Below, in pieces: positions 18,776 to 28,081 of a stretch of 64,000 nucleotides of DNA (its first letter is position 1; every line of letters starts with the position of its first letter). The position numbers and the translations under genes are program-made. Below the pieces are notes generated by a model. It saw only the letters and a list, made by a program, of their open reading frames with translations. It was not told where the DNA came from and did no database searches. This stretch comes from a virus: positions 64,001 through 128,000 of IMG/VR virus record IMGVR_UViG_3300032246_002821, one strand, 5' to 3'.

Positions 18776-19738
18776 TTATTCGAATAATATTTCTATGAGT
18801 CTTTTCTGACAGCCAGCTGGACTCCAGTTTGCGGCCATCTGCTTAACATATGTATCTCCTGCGTCTATCAGTTGTCGTAAATCGCATTGTGGATACACAG
18901 GTTGATACGCCATTATATGACGGAATGTGTCGTTGGCCAATATGGCCAGGGGACGTTGGCTAGCGATGGCCTGGTCCGTGGCTGCTGCCAATCCCGGCAT
19001 CTGCCTGGTATAGAAGAAGGCATTGATGGTATTCTGGCTACACCAGTGTATCAGGTCCTCATCGCTCATGAAATCGTGTGTTATTTTCACCTCTATTCCA
19101 GGCTTGGCTGCTGCTCTGCACTGCGCCTCTATCTGGTTTGCCAGGGCCTGGTTGCCATCTGCGTAACTGGCCTGTGGTATGTTGATGTGTACCACAGCCT
19201 GGTCGAATTCTTTGCTGGCTGCTTCCACTATCAGATGGAACCCTTTGTCTATGGTGGCATAACCGAAACTGCCTATCACAGGCACTGCCTTTTCCTGATA
19301 AGGTTGTAGTTGCACCTGTGGCAGGGGCCTGGGGAATGCCTGGAATTTCTTGTTATGATATTCCATAGTGGGGTCCATAACCAGATAGTAATCGAAATCA
19401 TCACCTGTCAGGTTCACCACTGGATTGTTGGGGCTCATTTCCAGGATGATGTTTACTTTGATACCTGGTAATTTTTTAAATCTGGTGCTGTCTACGCTTT
19501 CAAAAGCTCGCATAGTCGCGTGGTGATAATTAAAAATATAAACATCGTAATCCCCGCGAGGCAGGCCATCAACAACAATGGTACCATTATGAAGCTGGCC
19601 AATATCTAGTTGATTGATTTCCACATAGTCTATGTTCCAATTTTCATTATCTCTGATGGCATTGTAGATCATCTGTCCTGATTTATAGATGCTGCAACTC
19701 GCTGCACGGGTGTTTATATATAAAAATCTGTAGGTCAT
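18776..19738 (-). CDS. GT-B (GT4-like) glycosyltransferase paralog 2
   Basis: IGSFGYATIDKG and AIASQRPLAI. Confidence 0.65.
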   Translation of the reverse strand: MTYRFLYINTRAASCSIYKSGQMIYNAIRDNENWNIDYVEINQLDIGQLHNGTIVVDGLPRGDYDVYIFNYHHATMRAFESVDSTRFKKLPGIKVNIILEMSPNNPVVNLTGDDFDYYLVMDPTMEYHNKKFQAFPRPLPQVQLQPYQEKAVPVIGSFGYATIDKGFHLIVEAASKEFDQAVVHINIPQASYADGNQALANQIEAQCRAAAKPGIEVKITHDFMSDEDLIHWCSQNTINAFFYTRQMPGLAAATDQAIASQRPLAILANDTFRHIMAYQPVYPQCDLRQLIDAGDTYVKQMAANWSPAGCQKRLIEILFE

Positions 19739-20778
19739 CTTGTAATCATTTCCGCTAATACAGGTGCCAGGTTACGGTAGTCGTGTGCCTTCCTCCAATC
19801 AGCCAATCTTTGCAATTTGCTGATGGTGGCTGCATCTGGATTCTGTAATTTGTTCCAGGTGTCCACTATACCTGCTGCTATATCGAACATCTTGTCTCCC
19901 GGCAGATAAAATAGTATGTCTTCCAATTCTTCGAATATCATTTGCGGTGTAACTGCCACAGGCCTACCGCTGGCTATACCATAACGCACACTACCACTCA
20001 CTGGCTCCGTGGTGTGCTGGTAGCTGTTGACTATCAGATCACATTCGCTCAACAGGCGCAGGCTTTCCGTATCTGGCAAGAATTTGGTGTGTAATTCCAC
20101 ATATTCAGATATACCCAGGTTATCTATCAGTATACGTGCTTCTGCTATCATATCCCTGCTGATGCTGGCAGGATGTTCGGCATTGACCAGTCGCAGGCGG
20201 AAATCCATATCCTGACCACGTAACAGTGCCACCGCCGATATCAATTCCAACAGTCCTTTGTTGGGTAGGAAGAAACCGAAGTTGCCTATCAGTACGCTGC
20301 CCTGGGTCTGATCTTTGTCAGGCACTGGCAAGCATTGTATACCGTGGGGGAATACCTGTGCTGTGGTCACACCCTGTGCTTTGATTGTTTTGAGATCAGG
20401 CGTGCTTTGCACAGTGACAAATTTACACATATTCAGTTCGGTGCTTATATTAGCTACACCTGAACCCAGGCTGTGGATCATAACAATGACCTGGGTGTTT
20501 TTAGCTGTCATGCTGCGTATCAGATTGGCCAGATGACCGTTGTTGAACAGGCCATAATGATATTGCACCACTAGCACATCAAAGTCCATCTGGCTGATGA
20601 CATCAAAACCGCCAGCCACATTCCAACATCTGATGACATTGGCAGGATCAGGCGCAAGCAAATCTGAAGTGTGAGCAGCTAAAACTGTCACAGGCATACC
20701 CAGATGTTCCAACAAATGATCTGTATATGTGGCAATACCGCACCTGGTATTGTAGGTGCTTATCCAACCTATCCTCAT
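19735..20778 (-). CDS. GT4-family glycosyltransferase paralog 3
   Basis: YNTRCGIATY, FGFFLPNKGL and SGSVRYGIASGRPV. Confidence 0.8.
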   Translation of the reverse strand: MRIGWISTYNTRCGIATYTDHLLEHLGMPVTVLAAHTSDLLAPDPANVIRCWNVAGGFDVISQMDFDVLVVQYHYGLFNNGHLANLIRSMTAKNTQVIVMIHSLGSGVANISTELNMCKFVTVQSTPDLKTIKAQGVTTAQVFPHGIQCLPVPDKDQTQGSVLIGNFGFFLPNKGLLELISAVALLRGQDMDFRLRLVNAEHPASISRDMIAEARILIDNLGISEYVELHTKFLPDTESLRLLSECDLIVNSYQHTTEPVSGSVRYGIASGRPVAVTPQMIFEELEDILFYLPGDKMFDIAAGIVDTWNKLQNPDAATISKLQRLADWRKAHDYRNLAPVLAEMITR

Positions 20779-21683
20779 AGAATCCTGAATCCCGGCTTTG
20801 TATGTGTAGTGTCTGCACAGTCTGAGAAAATCACCACCGCTTTGTTATCGTCCGTGGTGTTACTGAAATTGAATTCACTAACAAAGTTGAGCCCATAGGG
20901 CAAAACATCTTCGGGCTTATGACTGAAACAAATGAATTTTTTATTACTGTTTAGATTTTTATGTGTGGTACTATAGGTAAAAGGTCCTGAGTTTTTACCC
21001 ACGATGATGTCGCAACTGTGGCTCAACACACCTATCTCACATATATCACAACCCATGTTGAAAATGTCATCTGTGAAGTATATGTTTGCAAAGTCCGTCA
21101 CAAAACGTTCGGTTACCACAAAGTTATCCTGTGGATATTTTTGTGCCAACGTGATGATGATGTCTGCCATATTACCCATACTACTCTGTGTGCTCTGTAC
21201 TTGACCGTTGCAGAACAAAAATGTCCTGCCTGTCTTGTCTGCAAAAAACTTGCTGACGCTCGTGCTATCTATTTTGCTGAGATCATAATCAGGCACATAA
21301 TGCCACACATCAGACAGACGCAGATCCAGATTATAGTGTGCTGACAAATGATTGTACAACTCACTGTAGATTTTACGATGGTCTATATAACTGGGATGAG
21401 TATTGGGCCACAGTCCCTGGTAAGCACCTACCCAGGTATTGATGAACAAAGTGTTGCCCGTGTGTGCTAACCTCTGGTGCATGGGTATCTGAGCCAGCAT
21501 ACGCTGGCAAGTTTCTGCATCAGGGGAAGGTGCCAGATCCTGTGTGGACCTGGCATTTTTGCTGTGTATATATTGATAATTTAACCCAGGCAACTGGCTC
21601 TGGATGTCAGTGACTAAACCTCTAGTGCTGAACAGATCACCGTAGTGCCAATGGTTAAAAAATACAATATCAGTGATTTGCAT
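20775..21683 (-). CDS. Hypothetical protein, possible GT-B-like
   Basis: HYGDLF N-terminus and CDIIVGKNSGP (GT9-like) C-terminus. Confidence 0.45.
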   Translation of the reverse strand: MQITDIVFFNHWHYGDLFSTRGLVTDIQSQLPGLNYQYIHSKNARSTQDLAPSPDAETCQRMLAQIPMHQRLAHTGNTLFINTWVGAYQGLWPNTHPSYIDHRKIYSELYNHLSAHYNLDLRLSDVWHYVPDYDLSKIDSTSVSKFFADKTGRTFLFCNGQVQSTQSSMGNMADIIITLAQKYPQDNFVVTERFVTDFANIYFTDDIFNMGCDICEIGVLSHSCDIIVGKNSGPFTYSTTHKNLNSNKKFICFSHKPEDVLPYGLNFVSEFNFSNTTDDNKAVVIFSDCADTTHTKPGFRIL

Positions 21684-21684
21684 A

Positions 21685-22908
21685 TCAGCCGATTACTTGG
21701 AATTTAGGGCAAGGCACCACCAGTTTACCGCCGCCAGCAATGAAGTCCTGCTCGCGCTTGACAAACTCGTCGATGAAGTGCCAAGGCAATACCAGCAGAT
21801 AGTCTGGCTTTGCTGCTCGCATTTCTTCTTCACTGACGATAGGGATCTGCGTACCCACTGTTTGCAATCCGAACTTATATGGGCTGCGTTCTGCAATGGC
21901 AGTGAGCAGGTCTGGAGTGATTCCAAATAACTGCAACAGCGTGTTGCCTTTGGTACTAGCACCGTAGCCGTATACCTTCTTGCCTTCCAGTTTAGCCTGG
22001 TGCAGGAAGTCCATGACCTGATGCTTTAATTCATCGATGTTGGCACCGAACGCCTGCCACAATTCAGGATTAGCGATGTCCCAGTTGTCTTTTTCATATT
22101 CCAGTGTGCTGGCGATACGGAAGTTACACACATCGCGGATCTGTTGCGTACCGAACGTCTTTTCATCACTGTCAGCTTTCTGGAAGTACACACGGAAACT
22201 GCCGCCATTGGTGTCGTTGAGGCTGCAATCACGCAGCACAAAACCTTCCTGCTCGAATAACTTCTTGATGCTATTGAGGTCATAGTAGTACACGTGCTCG
22301 TGGCAGATGTTGTCGAATGCCAGCTGCTTGAGCATCAGTGGAGTATAGCTCATCTGCAACACGAACACACCATCGTCTGCCAGGATGCGATGTGCATCAC
22401 GGATGAATGGGCGAGGATCGTTCAGGTCATAGAACATAGCGATACAAGTGATGACCTTGGTTTTCTTATCGCCGTGGCCTGTGCGCTGATAAGCGTCCCA
22501 GCTGAAGAAGTCTTGCACGATGGTGCCGTGCTTGCTGCTCTCTGCTACATAACTGTCATCCGCAGGATCGATACCGATCTTGGTCATATAGTCAGGCGCC
22601 TGGCGCAACAGTGTGCCGTCGTTACAGGCGATATCCAGCCATACATCACCGCTGCTGGTTGTTACCCGAGTGCTGATTTCAGCGACGATATCGCCCAGTT
22701 GTTTGGTCATGCTGGTGTTGATACCGGAACGGTACCAGTATTGTCCGTACATGGTGTCCAGCGGAGCAACCCCATCCAGACGCACAGCGCCGATGGTTTC
22801 GTCCAGATACAAGTCCAGGCTCCAGGGTTTGGCTTCACGTCCTGTTAGATTGCCAGGTTTTACGAAGTCACTGACATAGTGTTCGCCCAGCTCTAGTAAT
22901 TTTTTCAT
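21685..22908 (-). CDS. NDP-sugar C-methyltransferase (TylCIII/EryBIII-like)
   Basis: LDIACNDG, CHEHVYYY, NGGSFR, YGASTKGNTLL and LVLPWHF motifs. Confidence 0.9.
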   Translation of the reverse strand: MKKLLELGEHYVSDFVKPGNLTGREAKPWSLDLYLDETIGAVRLDGVAPLDTMYGQYWYRSGINTSMTKQLGDIVAEISTRVTTSSGDVWLDIACNDGTLLRQAPDYMTKIGIDPADDSYVAESSKHGTIVQDFFSWDAYQRTGHGDKKTKVITCIAMFYDLNDPRPFIRDAHRILADDGVFVLQMSYTPLMLKQLAFDNICHEHVYYYDLNSIKKLFEQEGFVLRDCSLNDTNGGSFRVYFQKADSDEKTFGTQQIRDVCNFRIASTLEYEKDNWDIANPELWQAFGANIDELKHQVMDFLHQAKLEGKKVYGYGASTKGNTLLQLFGITPDLLTAIAERSPYKFGLQTVGTQIPIVSEEEMRAAKPDYLLVLPWHFIDEFVKREQDFIAGGGKLVVPCPKFQVIG

Positions 22909-22911
22909 CGA

Positions 22912-23289
22912 TTAGTCTCCTGACATATATGATTTTGTTTCAACGATTTCACTGTTGCATTTCTGATTGATTGTCTTCTTGATCTCAGCCCTGCGAGTGT
23001 TGGCTTTGTAGGTGCTGTTGGCCAGGTCTATGAAACCCTGATCAAAGGTGCCAGTTTTCTGATATTGCCTGGCCAGATCTTCGTTATCCCAGATGATCTT
23101 GTTGACTATCAGCAGCTCTGAAATTTCAGCTGCCAAGTTTATTTCTATATCATAGAATAACTTTTCCAGTTCTGCTTTTTCCTTGGACACGTGTGCAAGT
23201 TTGACCTGATCCGTATATTCGGACTCTTTGATGTCCAGGATGGTTATCTTGTCCACCAGTTCGCCAACACTGATAGGTGCTAGGATCAT
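22912..23289 (-). CDS. Conserved hypothetical protein (DUF6165-like)
   Basis: APISVGELVDKITILDIK...N..R..IK motif. Confidence 0.7.
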   Translation of the reverse strand: MILAPISVGELVDKITILDIKESEYTDQVKLAHVSKEKAELEKLFYDIEINLAAEISELLIVNKIIWDNEDLARQYQKTGTFDQGFIDLANSTYKANTRRAEIKKTINQKCNSEIVETKSYMSGD

Positions 23290-24305
23290 CTGGCACTCGC
23301 AATGTCGTAATCTGACTTACACATATCGTTCACCAGGTCCTGAAGTGTGTGTTCCGGTGCCCAACCAAGCACAGTGCGAGCTTTTGTTGCATCGCCCTGG
23401 ATATTGACCACATCCACTGGACGATAAAACTCTGGATTGATACGGATGATCACCTTGCCAGTTTTAGTATCTGTGGCGATCTCATCCACGCCAGTTCCTG
23501 ACCATACCAGGTTCATACCAAAGTATTCACCAGCATACTGGCAAAATTCTCTGATGCTGGTCTGCACACCAGTAGCGATAACATAATCGTCTGCCACAGG
23601 CTGCTGTAACATCTGCCACATGGCTTTCACATAGTCTTTGGCGTGGCCCCAGTCTCTGAGACTGTCCAGGTTGCCCAGTTCCAGATGGCTCTGTTTGCCC
23701 AGTATGATATTGGCCATTGCTTTGGTGATCTTGCGTGTGACAAAAAGTTCGCCGCGGCGTGGGCTTTCGTGATTGAACAGGATGCCGTTGCAACCGAAGA
23801 TCTTGTAGCTTTCACGATAGTTGATGGTGATCCAGTAGGCATACAACTTGGCAGCACTGTAAGGGCTACCAGGATAGAAAGGAGTATCTTCTTTCTGTGG
23901 GTTGTATTTCTGGATACCGAACATTTCGCTGGTGCTGGCCTGATAGAACTTGGTATGGTCTTCCATATGCAATGCACGGATGGCATCTAGGATACGCAAT
24001 GGTCCCAGTGCATTGGTATTACCTGTGAGTTCAGGCATATCGAAGCTGACCTTGACGTGACTCTGTGCTGCCAGGTTATAGATTTCATCGGGCTTGACCT
24101 TGTCGATCAAGTTGCGGATGCTGTTGCTGTCGCCCAGGTCTCCATTATGAAACTCCACATCATTCTTGATGTCGGCGATGTTAACGTGGTCGAAGTTGGC
24201 GCTGCGACGGATCAGGCCGTGTACTTCATAACCTTTGCTCAGCAAAAGTTCTGCAAGGTAACTGCCATCTTGTCCAGCGATGCCTGTGATAAGAGCTTTT
24301 TTCAT
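23286..24305 (-). CDS. gmd: GDP-mannose 4,6-dehydratase
   Basis: ITGIAGQDGSYL, NLAAQSHV, QASTSE, YSAAK, FNHESPRRGELFVTRK and RDWGHA. Confidence 0.97.
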   Translation of the reverse strand: MKKALITGIAGQDGSYLAELLLSKGYEVHGLIRRSANFDHVNIADIKNDVEFHNGDLGDSNSIRNLIDKVKPDEIYNLAAQSHVKVSFDMPELTGNTNALGPLRILDAIRALHMEDHTKFYQASTSEMFGIQKYNPQKEDTPFYPGSPYSAAKLYAYWITINYRESYKIFGCNGILFNHESPRRGELFVTRKITKAMANIILGKQSHLELGNLDSLRDWGHAKDYVKAMWQMLQQPVADDYVIATGVQTSIREFCQYAGEYFGMNLVWSGTGVDEIATDTKTGKVIIRINPEFYRPVDVVNIQGDATKARTVLGWAPEHTLQDLVNDMCKSDYDIASAR

Positions 24306-24354
24306 GTGTGTCCTTTGTTATTTCTATATAGTTGAAATTATATTAGCATATAAA

Positions 24355-24816
24355 TTAATTGATTTGTATATCTTCCATACCAGCCACACGCAATTTCACT
24401 ATACTGCTCATTTGCCACTGTTTGCTGTCCAGACCCTTCATAATACCCAGCCAGCGATTACGCAGTAATGCCACTTCGTTTATGATGGTTTCGAAATCAA
24501 TAACTTCCGGTTCACCGTCCACATATTTCTCTGCATCACGGCTGGTCAATGCCCGGGCATAATGCTCCAGATACTTCTGGAAATGTTTACGGCGTATCTG
24601 TCTCAGTTGGATATTGAGATAATTCAATACTGCTTCGATCTCTTGTAGCTGATTGAATCTGTGTTCGGTTATACCAGGCAATGCGCTGATGCTTTTTTCC
24701 ACGTTTCCGCTCACTCTCACATCAGCTTTGGCACGATCCAGTTCAGCCTCATAGTGTGCTATGAAGTCCGGAATATTGGCCAAATTTTGTGTAACCCTGG
24801 TGTACCAATTGCTCAT
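24355..24816 (-). CDS. uvsY: UvsY recombination mediator
   Basis: Helical 153-aa ORF with YVDGE and GIMKGLDSK, downstream of UvsX. Confidence 0.8.
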   Translation of the reverse strand: MSNWYTRVTQNLANIPDFIAHYEAELDRAKADVRVSGNVEKSISALPGITEHRFNQLQEIEAVLNYLNIQLRQIRRKHFQKYLEHYARALTSRDAEKYVDGEPEVIDFETIINEVALLRNRWLGIMKGLDSKQWQMSSIVKLRVAGMEDIQIN

Positions 24817-25055
24817 TCATCAAAATCTTCTTCAGATTCCTCTAGATCCATATGTTCGCTGATGGCATTTTCCATTATCTTGTCCACTGCCATCTCTTGT
24901 AGATCGCGATCATCGATTCCCAATTCCACTAGTTCATTTATAACATGATCTGCTGCAATTTGTCTATCTTTAGCAGGAATGTATTCTTTCACAGTCTGCC
25001 AAAATTGTGTTAGCAATTCGCCACTATCACTCATCAATATTATCCTCTGGTTCAA
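24813..25055 (-). CDS. Small acidic hypothetical protein
   Basis: Coupled between uvsX and uvsY. Confidence 0.6.
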   Translation of the reverse strand: MNQRIILMSDSGELLTQFWQTVKEYIPAKDRQIAADHVINELVELGIDDRDLQEMAVDKIMENAISEHMDLEESEEDFDE

Positions 25056-26097
25056 TTAAAACTCGCTGTTTGCCAAGTTCGGCATACTTAGCACCAAACT
25101 CTTGCATAACCACATCTAATTTGTCGTCTGTCCAGCCTTTGCGGAACTCCTTGATAATTTCACCAGTTACTGGGCTAGTATAGCTGAGCTTGTTGCCATC
25201 CTTTACCAACATGCCCTGTGACTCGAACATCTCCAACAGTCCCGAATATGGGCTCATTCCAGTGCTATAGGGAATCTTTACCTGCACACTCTCGAAAGGT
25301 TTGGCATATCGGGTTTTCATGACCTTGCAAGCAGCGCGAATGCCATTTACCTCTGATGTCTTGTTGCCATCCTCATCTTCTTTCAGCTTGAGCTTACGCA
25401 TAGCAACCACGATGCTACTGGCATAGATAAAGCCCTGACCACCTGAGATCTTGTCATCAGGATCGAACATATCCTGTGATGCATAGGTGTGATTGGTAGC
25501 CACGATACCGATGTTCAAGCTGCCGATCATATTCACCGTGTTACGCACCAGGCTTGTCAGTGCTTTAGGCTTACGACCCATATCACCCTTCATATCACCA
25601 GCTTCAAACTGGTTAACGTCAGTGGGTGTGAGCAACATACCCAGGCTGTCTATAACGAACAGCACCTTGGGACGATCTTCTATGGATAGTGCCTTGTAAC
25701 CTTTGATAAATTCACTAATGGTCTTGGCCACATCATCGATCATAGCCATGTTAAGTTTCAGCAGTTTATCTTCGCTGGTGTCCACGCCCAGTGCTTTGAG
25801 CCAATCTTCATCCAGAGCATTTTCGCTGTCGATCAGGATCACATAGATGCCCTGCTCTTGTGCGTTCTTGACGATGTTGCCTGAGCAAATGTAGCTCTTG
25901 CCTGCACCAGATTCACCAGCGAACACTGTGACCTTGCCCAGTGGGATGCCACGATTAAAGCTGCCTGAGATCAGGTAATTAAGTGTGTAATTGCCAGTGC
26001 TGACCCAATCTGTGGGATCATTGTATCCGATGCTGAGTCCATCGATACTCTTGGTTAAGTCTTTTCTGAATTTACTGATGTCGAAAGGTTTTGCCAT
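25027..26097 (-). CDS. uvsX: UvsX/RecA-like recombinase
   Basis: AGESGAGKS, IDSENA, VIDSLG, NHTY and SGGQG motifs. Confidence 0.95.
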   Translation of the reverse strand: MAKPFDISKFRKDLTKSIDGLSIGYNDPTDWVSTGNYTLNYLISGSFNRGIPLGKVTVFAGESGAGKSYICSGNIVKNAQEQGIYVILIDSENALDEDWLKALGVDTSEDKLLKLNMAMIDDVAKTISEFIKGYKALSIEDRPKVLFVIDSLGMLLTPTDVNQFEAGDMKGDMGRKPKALTSLVRNTVNMIGSLNIGIVATNHTYASQDMFDPDDKISGGQGFIYASSIVVAMRKLKLKEDEDGNKTSEVNGIRAACKVMKTRYAKPFESVQVKIPYSTGMSPYSGLLEMFESQGMLVKDGNKLSYTSPVTGEIIKEFRKGWTDDKLDVVMQEFGAKYAELGKQRVLIEPEDNIDE

Positions 26098-26138
26098 TGT
26101 TTTTTCCTATGTGTGTATTATACTGTATATTGTCGCGT

Positions 26139-26912
26139 TCATAAAGAAAGAAATAGATTATTTTCAATATTTTTTGCGAATAAAGATCTGACTTTGCTCA
26201 TATCATCTGAGAAATTACCCAGTGGTATTTCCGTACCTGTGGGTTTGACATTTTTTGCTGTACAAAAATCCAGATACTCTTGAGGCAGAGCAAGCGTGTA
26301 GGGCCGAGACAGATTGAATTCCAGTTTACCGCCCAGTTTTTCATAACAGTTGGTATCTATGTCGAGAACATTGTCATCATAGTTCTGCCATTTATTGAAT
26401 GTGCATCTGCCCAGGTTATCATAATTGATTATGATGTTGAATTTACCCAGAGCCATCAGCTCGCTGTCATAAGGGTTGTCTATCTGCCACAGTTCCTGAT
26501 CATAATTTTTGTAAACAAAATAAAACATTTTTTCGATATGATGGCACAAGTGATTGACCTGATCAAATTCATAAGCTACGCCAGCTCGTGCAGCCAGGAT
26601 ACCAATGTTGGGATATTTGATGTACAATTTCACCCATTTTTCGTGTAATCTGTTGATGCTGTTTATATCTGTACAATCACTGCCCAAATCAAAAGGTTCC
26701 AATTTGCATTTCTGTAAAAATGAATTGGCCTTGGCCAGCACCTGATGCATTAGTGCAAACTTGTCTGTTTGAAAAAGTGTTTCATCTGGATGCAGGGTAA
26801 ATGTATTGAAAGCCTGTAGGCTAGTGATATAATATTCCACTATACCATAATACGCAGGAGATATAGGAATGAAGTCAACATAATCACCTGAATTTTGCCA
26901 CACCACTTTCAT
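26139..26912 (-). CDS. AT-rich hypothetical protein
   Basis: 257-aa ORF with AGGA RBS, inserted between gp32 and uvsX. Confidence 0.6.
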   Translation of the reverse strand: MKVVWQNSGDYVDFIPISPAYYGIVEYYITSLQAFNTFTLHPDETLFQTDKFALMHQVLAKANSFLQKCKLEPFDLGSDCTDINSINRLHEKWVKLYIKYPNIGILAARAGVAYEFDQVNHLCHHIEKMFYFVYKNYDQELWQIDNPYDSELMALGKFNIIINYDNLGRCTFNKWQNYDDNVLDIDTNCYEKLGGKLEFNLSRPYTLALPQEYLDFCTAKNVKPTGTEIPLGNFSDDMSKVRSLFAKNIENNLFLSL

Positions 26913-26932
26913 AGAGATTTCCTAATAAAGAT

Positions 26933-26954
26933 GCGGGGTAGTTTCCTACCCCGC
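26933..26954 (-). terminator. Terminator after gp32
   Basis: GCGGGGTAG-GAAA-CTACCCCGC hairpin. Confidence 0.7.
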
Positions 26955-26962
26955 TTTATAAT

Positions 26963-27985
26963 TTAGGCAGTTTTACGGTTCCGGATCATAGCCAGGATTT
27001 CTGCTGCCCTGTCATTACCACCGGCCTTAGGAACGGCTGTGGTAACGGGTGCGGTTGCAGCCGCAACTTCGTCATCGGTCTCGAATGGGACCGAGTCGTC
27101 TACATCAGCAACCGGTGCAGGTGCTGATGCTGGACGAGCAATGGTCGCTGGGCGGGCAGCTGGTACATCATCTGTATCAGCATTGGAGTTGCCCCCCAGT
27201 CCGGCTGGTTTAAAATATTGTCCCCAGCGGCTTTCATCATATGTGGCACCATCCACTGATGCCTCAAACATTTCCTTCATGATCTTGAGCTCTGCACCTC
27301 CGGGCTTCTTGGGAAGGAATTCGCTCAGGTTATGTAAACCATACGCTTCAATAGCAGCACGTTCTGCCTGTGTCAGAGCCGACTCTTTGCGAGCCCACTT
27401 GCTGGTGGCATAATCTGCATACTGACCTTTGCTGGTCTTTGTGATGCTGAAGTCCAGTCCACGATCGAAATCTGTGGGCAGTTCTTCGATATCAGGATCT
27501 TTCAGTGCAGCGATGATCAGCGGATAGATGCTGGGGCTCACAACGAAACGACGGATGGGATTTTCAGGAGTGGTATCGTCAGCCAGTGGGTTATCACGCA
27601 CAAAACCCTGGAACACATAACTGCGCTTCTTCCAATACTTTTTGCCCATATCTTCCAGGCTCTTGTCCTTGAACCAGGTACGTACCTCGGTCAAGATCGG
27701 ACAAGTTTCGTTCCACATCTCAACGCAAGGGATCTGGACTGTCACAGGCTTGCTGTTCATCTGTCCTTTGATGCCTGCAAATGGCAAGCGGATCATCGCA
27801 CGTTCCACCCAGAAGAAGTCGTTCTTAGTGTCACCATCAGGCAAGAACCTGATACGTGCTGTGCTACCTTCTGGGATATTCCAATGTGGGTAAATTGCGT
27901 TGTCGCGACCGCCGCCGTTGTTGTTTCCGCCTGCGCGGTTCTCTTGTTGTGCAAGTTTTGCACGGATTTCTGCCAATGAAGCCAT
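26963..27985 (-). CDS. gp32: Single-stranded DNA-binding protein, T4 gp32-like
   Basis: RIRFLPD, CPIL, YWKKRSY and YATSKW motifs; acidic Ala/Pro-rich tail. Confidence 0.9.
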   Translation of the reverse strand: MASLAEIRAKLAQQENRAGGNNNGGGRDNAIYPHWNIPEGSTARIRFLPDGDTKNDFFWVERAMIRLPFAGIKGQMNSKPVTVQIPCVEMWNETCPILTEVRTWFKDKSLEDMGKKYWKKRSYVFQGFVRDNPLADDTTPENPIRRFVVSPSIYPLIIAALKDPDIEELPTDFDRGLDFSITKTSKGQYADYATSKWARKESALTQAERAAIEAYGLHNLSEFLPKKPGGAELKIMKEMFEASVDGATYDESRWGQYFKPAGLGGNSNADTDDVPAARPATIARPASAPAPVADVDDSVPFETDDEVAAATAPVTTAVPKAGGNDRAAEILAMIRNRKTA

Positions 27986-28021
27986 AATTTGTTTTCCTTT
28001 TTCTATGTGCCTATAATGTGC

Positions 28022-28051
28022 CTAGACAATACAATTCTTTGTATTGTCTAG
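28022..28051. promoter_or_regulatory. Perfect 13-bp hairpin in gp32 leader
   Basis: CTAGACAATACAA-TTCT-TTGTATTGTCTAG. Confidence 0.7.
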
Positions 28052-28081
28052 TATATAGCCTTCGATGTCAGTGATAATATA

